Shown here piece by piece: positions 34,605-43,371 of a stretch of 64,000 nt of DNA. Position numbers and translations under genes: made by a program. The first letter of the stretch is position 1; every line of letters begins with the position of its first letter. The notes below the pieces were generated by a model, which was given only the letters and a program-made list of their open reading frames with translations, had not been told where the DNA came from and did no database searches. Source of the stretch: Anaerolineae bacterium CG2_30_57_67. GTDB taxonomy: Bacteria; Chloroflexota; Anaerolineae; Anaerolineales; Villigracilaceae. Location: NCBI GenBank assembly GCA_001872455.1, contig MNXJ01000071.1:55830-119829 (forward strand), written 5' to 3'.

Positions 34605-35117
34605 TCAGGCTTCGTCCACCAGGCCCGGCAACAGATGAACCTTCATGCGTTGCTGCTCCAGATTGATTTCGAGCAACACCTGCTGAAGCGCGGGAAGCAG
34701 AATTTCACGCCCGGCCTCGTTGCGAACAACGTAAACGTCATTCGCGCCGGTTTGGATGATTTCCGTCACCGCGCCAAGAGGAATGCCGTTTTCGTCTTCC
34801 ACTTGCAAGCCGATAATTTGATGGTGGTAATATTCGCCTTCAGGCAGGGGCGGGCGGTCGTCAGCGCGCACATAGGCTACTTTACCGGTCAGCTTGGCAG
34901 CTTGTTCATGCGTCGAAACGCCATCAAAGCCCAATACCATGCCGTCGTTGTGCGGTTTGCGGCGGGTAATTTTCAGCGGAGTTCTTTCATCACCTAAATA
35001 GAGCAACGTTCCCGGGCGAATGCGCTCGGGAAAATCGCTGTAAACTTCAAATACCAGATCGCCTGCCACGCCATGCGGGCGGCGCAACAGCCCAACGGCC
35101 AGATAAAGATCACTCAT
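34605..35117 (-). CDS. rimM: 16S rRNA processing protein RimM
   Basis: N-terminal GLLRRPHGVAGDL and a PRC-barrel C-terminus. Context is with rpsP. Confidence 0.88.
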   Translation of the reverse strand: MSDLYLAVGLLRRPHGVAGDLVFEVYSDFPERIRPGTLLYLGDERTPLKITRRKPHNDGMVLGFDGVSTHEQAAKLTGKVAYVRADDRPPLPEGEYYHHQIIGLQVEDENGIPLGAVTEIIQTGANDVYVVRNEAGREILLPALQQVLLEINLEQQRMKVHLLPGLVDEA

Positions 35118-35350
35118 CAGGGTTCCATCACGTCCAGCGTGACTTGCTGGCCTTCACGTTCGGCGGCGACCCGAAGCAGGACGCGGATGGCATTGGCAAC
35201 ACGACCACCCTTGCCAATCACACGGCCCATGTCTTCTTTGGCGACGCTCAAATGCAACCGCACGCGGTTTCCCTGATGCGACTGGTCAACCTGTACCTGG
35301 TCAGGCGATGCCACCAGCGACTGGGCGATGAATTCGGTCAGAGATTTCAT
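35117..35350 (-). CDS. KH-domain RNA-binding protein (YlqC/UPF0109)
   Basis: GRVIGKGGRVANAIR GxxG KH motif. 77 aa. Confidence 0.85.
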   Translation of the reverse strand: MKSLTEFIAQSLVASPDQVQVDQSHQGNRVRLHLSVAKEDMGRVIGKGGRVANAIRVLLRVAAEREGQQVTLDVMEP

Positions 35351-35376
35351 TGAAATTCTCCAATACTTACATTTTC

Positions 35377-35433
35377 CCCACGAAGAGCACGAAAGCGCCT
35401 TGAAATTCGCGTTTTCCGTGCGCCTCGTGGCAG
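35377..35433. repeat. imperfect palindrome of the CACGAAG type between rpsP and the KH gene
   Basis: CCACGAAGAGCACGAAAGCG, 15-nt loop, CGTTTTCCGTGCGCCTCGTGG. Confidence 0.55.
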
Positions 35434-35445
35434 GAACTACCGGCC

Positions 35446-35787
35446 TTATTTGTTGGTTTTGACGCTGATGTTGCGGGTGGCTTCGGCGGTTTTTGATTCT
35501 TCCACCAGTGTGGCAACTGCTTCGCCTTTTTTGAAGCGGGAAAAACGGTCGAGTGTGCCGGTGGTTTTGAAGATTTGTGCCACAGATTCGGTTGGTTGAG
35601 CGCCTTTGCTCATCCAGTCGAAAACTTTGGCTTCATCAACGGTGATGGTACCGGGGTTGGTACGCGGGTTGTAGAAGCCGATGATGTCGAGGAAGCGGCC
35701 ATCGCGCGGCGATTCTTTGTCGGCGACGATGATGCGGTAGGACGGTTGGGCCTTGAGGCCAATGCGGCGAAGACGAATACGAACCAT
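35446..35787 (-). CDS. rpsP: 30S ribosomal protein S16
   Basis: Starts MVRIRLRRIGLKAQPSYRIIVAD... Confidence 0.92.
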   Translation of the reverse strand: MVRIRLRRIGLKAQPSYRIIVADKESPRDGRFLDIIGFYNPRTNPGTITVDEAKVFDWMSKGAQPTESVAQIFKTTGTLDRFSRFKKGEAVATLVEESKTAEATRNISVKTNK

Positions 35788-35820
35788 TTGAACTGACTCC
35801 TTGTTGAAATTGTGAAAATA

Positions 35821-37143
35821 TTACCCAAAAAGACGCGGCAGACCTTTCATGCCGGTCTTTTGGAGGGCTTTCATCATGCGTTGCATTTCACGATATTGCT
35901 TGATGAGGCGGTTGACGGCCTGCACATCCATGCCTGAACCGGCGGCGATGCGGCGGCGGCGCGAGGCGTTAAGAATGTCGGGCTGGCGGCGCTCCTGGCG
36001 GGTCATCGAGTTGATGATGGCTTCGGTCTGGCTGAAGTTTTTTTCCACGTCGCGTGGGTCAATGCTTTTGGCGGCCTGCCCCAACTGGCCGGGCAGCATT
36101 TCCAAAATTTGGGAGAGCGGCCCCATCTTTTTCATCTGGCGCATCTGGTCGAGCCAATCTTCCAGATCAAAACTGCCACTCATCATTTTCTTGGCTTGTT
36201 TTTCGGTAGCGCCCGCATCAAAAGCGGCTTCGGCTCTTTCAATCAGGCCGATGACGTCGCCCATGCCGAGGATGCGCGAGGCCAGGCGTGCGGGGTCGTA
36301 GACTTCCAGCGCGTCGAGTTTTTCGCCGGTGCTGAGGAACTTAATCGGCACACCGGTCACCGAACGGATGGAAATGGCCGCTCCGCCGCGCGAGTCGCCG
36401 TCCATTTTGGTCAAAATCAGGCCGGTCAGGGCAACCGCATCGCGGAAGCCTTCTGCGACGTGTAGCGCTTCCTGACCAATCATCGAATCGACTACCAACA
36501 GGGTTTCTGCCGGCGGTACACGCTTGAGGATGGCTTTGAGCTCGTCCATCAGCGCGTCATCCAACTGTGAGCGGCCAGCCGTATCAATAATCATGACGCC
36601 GAAGCCGCCTTTTTGCGCCTGGTCAAAGGCTTTGGCGACCAGGTCGGGCGGTTTCATGCCGGGTTCGGTAATTACGGGCACGTCCACCCGTTCGCCCAAG
36701 GCTTGCAATTGTTGAACCGCTGCCGGACGATAGGGATCGCCCGCAACCAGCATCACGCGCTCGCCTTTGGCGCGCAACAGTTTGGCAATTTTACCGGCGG
36801 CAGTGGTTTTGCCGGAACCTTGCAGGCCGACCAACATCAGCACCCGCGGTTTGGCGCCGGTGAGATTAAGCGGAGAGACAATGCCCAGCGTGTCAATCAG
36901 TTCTTCATGAACAATTTTGATGACCTGCTGGCCGGGGTTCAGCGCCCGTGAGACTTCAGCGCCGATGGCGCGTTCTCGCACCCGGGCAACAAAATTTTTG
37001 ACAACGCTGTAATGCACATCCGCTTCGAGCAGCGCCAGGCGCACTTCGCGCATGGCAACGTCCACGTCGGCCTCGGAAAGTTTCCCGCGGCGGCGCAGTC
37101 CATCGAATACCTGATTCAGGCGGTTGGTGAGAGTCTCAAACAT
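35821..37143 (-). CDS. ffh: signal recognition particle protein Ffh
   Basis: GLQGSGKTT P-loop, DTAGR motif, Met-rich M domain. Confidence 0.93.
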   Translation of the reverse strand: MFETLTNRLNQVFDGLRRRGKLSEADVDVAMREVRLALLEADVHYSVVKNFVARVRERAIGAEVSRALNPGQQVIKIVHEELIDTLGIVSPLNLTGAKPRVLMLVGLQGSGKTTAAGKIAKLLRAKGERVMLVAGDPYRPAAVQQLQALGERVDVPVITEPGMKPPDLVAKAFDQAQKGGFGVMIIDTAGRSQLDDALMDELKAILKRVPPAETLLVVDSMIGQEALHVAEGFRDAVALTGLILTKMDGDSRGGAAISIRSVTGVPIKFLSTGEKLDALEVYDPARLASRILGMGDVIGLIERAEAAFDAGATEKQAKKMMSGSFDLEDWLDQMRQMKKMGPLSQILEMLPGQLGQAAKSIDPRDVEKNFSQTEAIINSMTRQERRQPDILNASRRRRIAAGSGMDVQAVNRLIKQYREMQRMMKALQKTGMKGLPRLFG

Positions 37144-37272
37144 GGCAATTAAAAATAAATTTTTTCACCCCGAACGAGAGTCGCCACTTGGGAGACTGGA
37201 GTCCAGCGTGAAATGAGTTATCGAACGGGCGCTATTGTAGCCGTAAGAAGGAGAAAATGCAAGGGCAAAAAC

Positions 37273-37368
37273 CTGGTGATTGCCACAAGCCGCCAATTTT
37301 CGTCCTGCGGACAAAAGCGACATTTATGTCGCTTTGCAGGGTGGAACAAAGATGTGAGTAATCACCAG
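37273..37368 (+). mobile_element. MITE-like element family A, 96-nt copy
   Basis: Terminal inverted repeats CTGGTGATTGCCAC / GTGAGTAATCACCAG and core AAAAGCGACATTTATGTCGCTTTGCA. Confidence 0.75.
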
Positions 37369-37416
37369 CTTTTATCGGTTGCTAAATTTCCGCAATGTGG
37401 GTAAGATAAGGAAACC

Positions 37417-37464
37417 ATGACGAGATTTCTCGGCCATCGTTTCCACGGCATTTGGTTGCCATAA
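37417..37464 (+). other. candidate 15-codon leader ORF (MTRFLGHRFHGIWLP)
   Basis: ATG preceded by AAGGA, followed 10 nt later by the intrinsic terminator and then the aminotransferase gene. Confidence 0.25.
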
Positions 37465-37474
37465 AGTCAGCGCA

Positions 37475-37512
37475 AACCTGACGGGTAGATTCTTACCTGT
37501 CAGGTTTTTTTT
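37475..37512 (+). terminator. intrinsic terminator/attenuator upstream of the aminotransferase gene
   Basis: AACCTGACGGGTA-GATTCT-TACCTGTCAGGTT followed by TTTTTT. Confidence 0.65.
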
Positions 37513-37518
37513 CCAAAG

Positions 37519-37572
37519 CGGAGTCGAACATCTCCTGATGTTCGCCCTAACGTCGGGAGACGTTTGAGTCCG
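37519..37572. repeat. imperfect copy of the GGAGTCCAAAGTCTCC hairpin family
   Basis: CGGAGTCGAACATCTCC...GGGAGACGTTTGAGTCCG. The loop and right arm match the reverse complement of 13007-13041. Confidence 0.55.
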
Positions 37573-37602
37573 AAAAATCATATTTTTTCCAAAGGAGCAT
37601 GA

Positions 37603-38850
37603 ATGCAAACACCCTGGGAATATCGCTACGCCCACCGCACCCAAAAAATGGGCAGTTCCGTCATCCGCGAACTGCTCAAGCTAACGGAACAACCCGACAT
37701 CATCTCGTTTGCGGGCGGCCTGCCCGCCCCGGAAGTTTTTCCGGTGCAAAAGTTTAAGGAAGCCTGCAATTATGTGCTGGAAAATGAGTGGGCGCAGGCG
37801 CTGCAATACGGCGCAACCGAAGGTTTCACCCCGTTGCGCGAGATGATTGCCCGTCATACCGGGCGTTACAGCGTCAAAGTGACCCCCGAAAATATCATGA
37901 TCACCTCTGGCTCGCAGCAGGCGCTGGATTTTATCGGGCGGCTGTTCCTCAATCGGGGCGATTACATCGTCGTCGAGTCGCCCACCTACCTGGGCGCGCT
38001 GCAAGCCTGGAACGCCTACGGGGCGCAATACATCGCTGTTCCTTCCGATGAACACGGCATGATTGTTGACGAATTGGAAAAAGTGCTGCGCATCGGGCCA
38101 AAATTCATCTATGTTTTGCCCAATTTCCAAAACCCCTCGGGCGTGACGATGAGCCTGGAACGCCGCAAAAAACTGGTCGAAATCGCCGACCGCTACGGCG
38201 TGCCGATTGTCGAAGATGACCCCTACGGCCAGCTGCGCTACGACGGCGACCATCTGCCCTCGGTGGTGGCGCTCGACGCTGAGTATCGCGGCGATAACGG
38301 CACCTACACCGGCAACGTCATCTACCTGAGCACGTTTTCCAAACTGCTGGCGCCCGGCCTGCGCCTGGCCTGGGTGATTGCCCCCAACGAAGTCATCCGC
38401 CGCCTGGTGATGAGCAAACAAGCCGCCGATTTGCACACATCAACCTTCACGCAGGTGGTGGCCTACGAAGTCGCCAAAGGCGGATTTTTGGACGAGCACG
38501 TCAAACTCATCCGCGCCACGTACAAGGAACGCCGCGATATGATGCTGGAAACGATGGACGAACTTTTCCCGTCCGAAGTGCGCTACACGCGTCCCGAAGG
38601 CGGCATGTTCCTGTGGGGCATTTTGCCCGAAAATATGGACGCGGCGGAACTCTTCAAGAAGGCGATTGATAAAAAAGTGGCCTTTGTGCCGGGCGCGGCT
38701 TTTCACCCCACCGGCGGCGGAAAAAACACCCTGCGCCTGAACTTTTCCTACTCGCGCCCGGAGATTATCCGCGAGGGCATCACCCGCCTCGGCCTGCTTC
38801 TGCGCGAGGAAGTTGCCAAAAACGCGCAAAGCAAACACCTCTACGATTAG
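37603..38850 (+). CDS. PLP-dependent aminotransferase (class I/II, 2-aminoadipate/aromatic type)
   Basis: YLSTFSKLLAPGLRLAW PLP-lysine motif. 415 aa. Confidence 0.8.
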   Translation: MQTPWEYRYAHRTQKMGSSVIRELLKLTEQPDIISFAGGLPAPEVFPVQKFKEACNYVLENEWAQALQYGATEGFTPLREMIARHTGRYSVKVTPENIMITSGSQQALDFIGRLFLNRGDYIVVESPTYLGALQAWNAYGAQYIAVPSDEHGMIVDELEKVLRIGPKFIYVLPNFQNPSGVTMSLERRKKLVEIADRYGVPIVEDDPYGQLRYDGDHLPSVVALDAEYRGDNGTYTGNVIYLSTFSKLLAPGLRLAWVIAPNEVIRRLVMSKQAADLHTSTFTQVVAYEVAKGGFLDEHVKLIRATYKERRDMMLETMDELFPSEVRYTRPEGGMFLWGILPENMDAAELFKKAIDKKVAFVPGAAFHPTGGGKNTLRLNFSYSRPEIIREGITRLGLLLREEVAKNAQSKHLYD

Positions 38851-38869
38851 TTTCTCCCCAACCTTGCAG

Positions 38870-38897
38870 CGCCGGTCATCCGACCGGCGTTTTTTTT
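38870..38897 (+). terminator. intrinsic terminator after the aminotransferase gene
   Basis: CGCCGGTC-ATCC-GACCGGCG followed by TTTTTTTT. Confidence 0.85.
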
Positions 38898-38906
38898 GTG
38901 GCGGAA

Positions 38907-38915
38907 TGCTATAAT
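38907..38915 (+). promoter_or_regulatory. extended -10 promoter element upstream of dnaE
   Basis: TGcTATAAT. No good -35 element was seen. Confidence 0.45.
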
Positions 38916-38920
38916 CTTGT

Positions 38921-38983
38921 CAGTTGCCGGTTGTCAGTGATCAGTTGCCAGTTGCCAGTTATCAGTTGTCAGTAACCGGTAAC
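38921..38983 (+). repeat. nine tandem heptanucleotide repeats (CAGTTGC consensus) in the dnaE leader
   Basis: CAGTTGC CGGTTGT CAGTGAT CAGTTGC CAGTTGC CAGTTAT CAGTTGT CAGTAAC CGGTAAC. Confidence 0.9.
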
Positions 38984-38990
38984 CCGCTAT

Positions 38991-39093
38991 TCCCTGTTTC
39001 CCCCTCTTCCCATCTTCTTTTCTCCTCTCTCCTCCTCTTCTCCTCTTCTTTTCTCTCCTCTTCCCCTCTTCCCCCCTCCCCCCCTCCCGCCCC
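38991..39093 (+). other. 103-nt polypyrimidine tract ending at the dnaE start codon
   Basis: Only three purines in 103 nt, and 39013-39088 is an unbroken run of 76 C/T. No Shine-Dalgarno sequence before ATG 39094. Confidence 0.9.
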
Positions 39094-42000
39094 ATGTCCT
39101 TCGTTCACCTGCACACCCACACGGTTTACTCGCTCCTGGATGGTTTTTCCAACATCAAGAAGCTGGTCAAACGCGCCAAAGAAATGGACATGCCCGCGCT
39201 GGCGATTACCGACCACGGCACCATGTTCGGCGTGGTCGAATTCTACAACGCCGCCAAAGAAGCCGGGGTCAAACCCATCATCGGCGTGGAAACTTACATG
39301 GCCGCGCGTGGCATGCAAGACCGCGACTCCAAACTGGATAAAAAGTCCAGCCACCTGCTGCTGCTGGCCGAAAATGAAACCGGCTACAAAAACCTGCTCA
39401 AAATCACCTCCGCCGCGCAAATGGATGGTTTTTACTACTATCCGCGCATTGACCACGACTTTCTGGCGGCGCATTCCGAGGGGCTGATTGCCACCTCGGG
39501 CTGCATGTCCGCCGAAATTCCACGTCATCTGCTGGAGGAAAAACCCGAAGAAGCCGTGCGCCGCATGAACTGGTACTTTGACGTTTTCGGCCCCGACCGC
39601 TTCTACGTGGAATTACAGCAGCACAACATCGCCGAAATGGTGGGGCTCAACCGCCGCCTGGTGGAAATGGGCGCAAAATACTCGGCCAAATTTGTCGCCA
39701 CCAACGATGTTCACTACATCGAACCGGAGGACGCCGATTACCAGGACGTGCTGCTCGCCATTCAGACGGGAAAATTACTCAGCGACCCCGACCGGATGCG
39801 CTACGACAGCAAAACCTTCTACCTGCGCTCCCCGCAGGAGATGAGCCGCCTGTTTGCCGAAATCCCCGAAGCGCTGAGTCACACCCTCGAAATCGCCGAA
39901 CGCTGCAACGTGGACCTCGGTTTCAAGGGCTATCACCTGCCCGAATTCCCCGTCCCGCCCGAGTTTACCGCCGAAACCTACCTGCGCCACCTGTGCGACG
40001 AGGGCCTCGAAAAACGCTACGGCGCGCACAAAACCGACCCGGAAATCTGCGAGCGGCTCGAATTTGAGTTAAACGTCATTCACACGATGGGCTTTGACGC
40101 CTACTTTCTCATCGTGTGGGATTTGTGCCGTCACGCCCGCGAAAATGGCATCTGGTACAACACGCGCGGCTCCGGCGCTGGATCGCTGGTGGCCTATTCG
40201 CTTTTCATCACGCTGGTAGACCCCATCGCGCATCACCTGCTTTTTGAGCGCTTTCTCAATCCCGGGCGCGTTTCCATGCCCGATATTGACCTGGATTTCC
40301 GCGATGACCGCCGCTCCGAAATGCTGGTTTACGCCGCCCAAAAATATGGTGATGACAAAGTGGCGCAAATCATCACCTTCGGCACGATGGCCGCGCGCGG
40401 TGCGCTGCGCGATGTGGCGCGCGTGATGGATATTCCCATCCCCGAAGTGGACAAGATTGCCAAACTTGTCCCCAATATCCCCGGCAAACCCATGTCGCTT
40501 TCCGAAGCGCTCGACCAGGTGCCGGATTTCAAGGCCGCCTACAACAGCGACCCGAAAATCAAAAAGCTGGTGGACACCGCCATTCACATGGAAGGCACCG
40601 TCCGCAACGCCGGCACGCACGCCGCCGGGTTGGTGATTTCGGACAAGCCGATTACCGAGTATCTGCCCATTCACCGGCCAACCTCCGGCTCGGAAGAATC
40701 GCCCGTCAAAACCGTCACCCAGTTTGAGATGGGCATCCTCGACGGCATGGGCATGCTCAAGGTGGATTTCCTCGGCCTTTCCACGCTGACGGTGATGGCG
40801 CGCGCCTGCGGCATGATTAAAGAACACTACGGCAAAGACTACGACCTGAACAACATCCCGCTCGACGACCCGGAAACCTTCAAATTACTCGGCGAAGGCA
40901 AAACGGCGGGCGTCTTCCAATTGGAAGGCACGGGTATGACGCGCTACGTCGTCGAGATGAAACCCAAAAACCTCGACCACATCATCGCCATGGTGGCGCT
41001 CTACCGCCCCGGCCCAATGGATTTCATCCCCAGCTACATCCGCCGCATGCACGGCGAAGAACCGATTGTCTATCGTCACCCCTCGCTGGAGCCAATTTTC
41101 AACGACACCTACGGCATCCCGGTCTACCAGGAACAAATCATGCGCGCGGCAGTGGAAGTCGCCGGCTACAGCCGCTCCGAATCGGACGACCTGCGCAAAG
41201 CCATTTCCAAAAAACAATTTGAGAAAATCGCCAAGCACAAACAAAAATTCATCCACGGCGCGGTAGACAAAGGCGTGATGAACGAAGCCACCGCCACGGC
41301 GATTTTTGAAGACTGGGAACAATTCGCCCGCTACGGCTTCAACAAAAGCCACGCCGCCGATTACGGCCTCGTCTCCGTACAGACCGCCTTTCTGAAAGCG
41401 CACTACCCCGCCGAATACATGAGCGCGCTCATGTCGGTTTTCAAAGACGACAGCGCCAAAGTCTCGCTCTACATCGCCGAAGCGCGCGCCCTCAGCATCG
41501 CCGCGCTGCAGCCCGACGTGAACCATTCCCTGCTGGATTTCAGCATCGAAGACCCGCTGGACGAAAAAGGCCAAAAACATTCTGCCATTCGTTTTGGCAT
41601 GAGCGCCATCAAAAATGTCGGCATCGGCCCGGTGGAATTGATTTTGGCTGGCCGTCGCGTGAACGGAATCGAAAAACCCTTCAGCGACCTGAACGACCTC
41701 GCCCAGCGCGTGGATTTGAAATCCGTCGGCAAGCGCTCGCTCGAATACCTGATCAAGGCCGGAGCGTTGGATTCGTTTGGTGAGCGCGCCGCCCTGCTGG
41801 CCGCCCTCGATCAGTTGGTCGCCGTCAGCGCCGGTCACTTCAAAGCGGTGGACAGCGGCCAGATGTCGCTCTTCGGCGCGGCAACCGGCGTTCAGGCGCA
41901 GAACATCAGCCTCGGCAGCCAGAAAACCGACAAAAAAGAAGCCCTCGCCTGGGAACGCGAATTGATGGGCGTCTATCTTTCCGACCACCCGCTCAAAGCC

Positions 42001-43371
42001 TACGAGGAACTGCTGTTAAGCGGTGTCAGTCACAACTCGCTGACGTTGAGCGAGGCCACCAGCCCCCAACCCTGCCGCGTGGCGGGTTTGGTGGTTTCCT
42101 CGCGCCCCTACAAAACCAAAAAAGATACCATGATGGGTTTCGTGACGCTGGAAGATTTGACCGGCAACATCGAGCTGGTCATTTTCCCGCGCGCCTGGGA
42201 AAAATACCGCGCCCTGTGCGAAGACGGCAAAGTGATTTTGGCGGTTGGCAAAATTGACCCGGCCACCACCCCGCCCAAAGTGCTGGTGGACGAAATTCGC
42301 ACCGATTTCAAGGTCTATTCCTCGGTTAATCAGTTTTCCAGTTCTCCAGTTGACCAGTTATCCAGTTCTTCGGTTAGCCAGTTTTTCAGTTCTCCAGTTG
42401 ACCAGTTATCCAGTTCTCCAGTTAATCAGTTCTCCGGTTATCCAGTTAACCAGTTCTCCAGTTCTCCAGTTAATCAGTTATCCAGTTCTCCAGTTAATCA
42501 GTTTTCCAGTTCCGCCGTCCAACCAGCCAACCGCCCAACCGGACAACCGGACAACCGTCCAACCGGACAACCGGACAACCGGACAACTGCCCAACCGGAT
42601 AACCGCTCAACCGCCCAACCGGACAACCGCCCAACCGCCCAACCGGACAACCGGACAACTGCCCAACCGGATAGCCGCCCAACCGCCCAACCGGACAACT
42701 GCCCAACCGGACAACCGGACAACCGCCCAACCGCCCAACCGGACAACGACTTTACCAACCTGCCGCCCGAACCCGATTTCCCTGACGACTGGGACATGGA
42801 CGTTTCTCCCGCTCCGCTCCGCGCCGCGCCGCCGCCCGCGCCCATGGACGACGCCTTGTACGCCGAAGAACAACAACTGGACAACCGGATAACCGAACAG
42901 CTGGACAACCGAACAACCGAACAACCGGACAACCGAACAACCGAACAACCGGACAACCGGACAACCGAACAACTGGACAACCGGACAACCGAACAACCGG
43001 ACAACCGTCCAACCGGACAACCGGACAACCGGACAACCGAACAACCGAACAACCGCCCGGCCCCACAATTTGATTTTCGCCCCTTGACCCGCGCCGCGCC
43101 CGAACCCGACCTGCCGCCGCGCATGATAACCATTGTCCTGCGTCCCAACGGCGACCCGGAACGCGACCGGCGGCGGCTCAAAAACATCTATTTCATTCTC
43201 ATGTCGCAGCCTGGCAAAGACCGCTTTCAGTTTCAAATTTTTGAAGGCGGCAAAGGTCATCTGATTGATTTTCCCAACGACAGCACGCGCCTGAATGCCG
43301 AACTGCTGACACGCCTGAAAAACCTGACCGGCGACGAAATCTGGCGCATCGAGGACATTAACTACCTGTGA
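39094..43371 (+). CDS. dnaE: DNA polymerase III alpha subunit with a long repeat-encoded insertion near the C-terminus
   Basis: PHP N-terminus FVHLHTHTVYSLLDG, polymerase core, HhH and OB fold (to about residue 1075), low-complexity repeats, then a roughly 100-aa tail. Confidence 0.92.
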   Translation: MSFVHLHTHTVYSLLDGFSNIKKLVKRAKEMDMPALAITDHGTMFGVVEFYNAAKEAGVKPIIGVETYMAARGMQDRDSKLDKKSSHLLLLAENETGYKNLLKITSAAQMDGFYYYPRIDHDFLAAHSEGLIATSGCMSAEIPRHLLEEKPEEAVRRMNWYFDVFGPDRFYVELQQHNIAEMVGLNRRLVEMGAKYSAKFVATNDVHYIEPEDADYQDVLLAIQTGKLLSDPDRMRYDSKTFYLRSPQEMSRLFAEIPEALSHTLEIAERCNVDLGFKGYHLPEFPVPPEFTAETYLRHLCDEGLEKRYGAHKTDPEICERLEFELNVIHTMGFDAYFLIVWDLCRHARENGIWYNTRGSGAGSLVAYSLFITLVDPIAHHLLFERFLNPGRVSMPDIDLDFRDDRRSEMLVYAAQKYGDDKVAQIITFGTMAARGALRDVARVMDIPIPEVDKIAKLVPNIPGKPMSLSEALDQVPDFKAAYNSDPKIKKLVDTAIHMEGTVRNAGTHAAGLVISDKPITEYLPIHRPTSGSEESPVKTVTQFEMGILDGMGMLKVDFLGLSTLTVMARACGMIKEHYGKDYDLNNIPLDDPETFKLLGEGKTAGVFQLEGTGMTRYVVEMKPKNLDHIIAMVALYRPGPMDFIPSYIRRMHGEEPIVYRHPSLEPIFNDTYGIPVYQEQIMRAAVEVAGYSRSESDDLRKAISKKQFEKIAKHKQKFIHGAVDKGVMNEATATAIFEDWEQFARYGFNKSHAADYGLVSVQTAFLKAHYPAEYMSALMSVFKDDSAKVSLYIAEARALSIAALQPDVNHSLLDFSIEDPLDEKGQKHSAIRFGMSAIKNVGIGPVELILAGRRVNGIEKPFSDLNDLAQRVDLKSVGKRSLEYLIKAGALDSFGERAALLAALDQLVAVSAGHFKAVDSGQMSLFGAATGVQAQNISLGSQKTDKKEALAWERELMGVYLSDHPLKAYEELLLSGVSHNSLTLSEATSPQPCRVAGLVVSSRPYKTKKDTMMGFVTLEDLTGNIELVIFPRAWEKYRALCEDGKVILAVGKIDPATTPPKVLVDEIRTDFKVYSSVNQFSSSPVDQLSSSSVSQFFSSPVDQLSSSPVNQFSGYPVNQFSSSPVNQLSSSPVNQFSSSAVQPANRPTGQPDNRPTGQPDNRTTAQPDNRSTAQPDNRPTAQPDNRTTAQPDSRPTAQPDNCPTGQPDNRPTAQPDNDFTNLPPEPDFPDDWDMDVSPAPLRAAPPPAPMDDALYAEEQQLDNRITEQLDNRTTEQPDNRTTEQPDNRTTEQLDNRTTEQPDNRPTGQPDNRTTEQPNNRPAPQFDFRPLTRAAPEPDLPPRMITIVLRPNGDPERDRRRLKNIYFILMSQPGKDRFQFQIFEGGKGHLIDFPNDSTRLNAELLTRLKNLTGDEIWRIEDINYL
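42323..42746 (+). repeat. 53 in-register octanucleotide repeat units inside dnaE
   Basis: 24 units of CAGTTNNC/CGGTTNNC (42323-42514) followed without phase break by 29 units of CCGSMCAA (42515-42746). Confidence 0.9.
42877..43052 (+). repeat. 22 octanucleotide repeat units (CCGRACAA) inside dnaE
   Basis: CTGGACAA CCGGATAA CCGAACAG CTGGACAA CCGAACAA ... counted unit by unit. Confidence 0.9.

Noticed and set aside
42245-43260. Five long overlapping ORFs on both strands within dnaE (42245-42892 +, 42494-42730 -, 42498-43187 -, 42607-43260 -, 42752-43066 -)
   Set aside because: They are artefacts of stop-free octanucleotide repeats. Only the dnaE frame continues into recognisable protein sequence on both sides.
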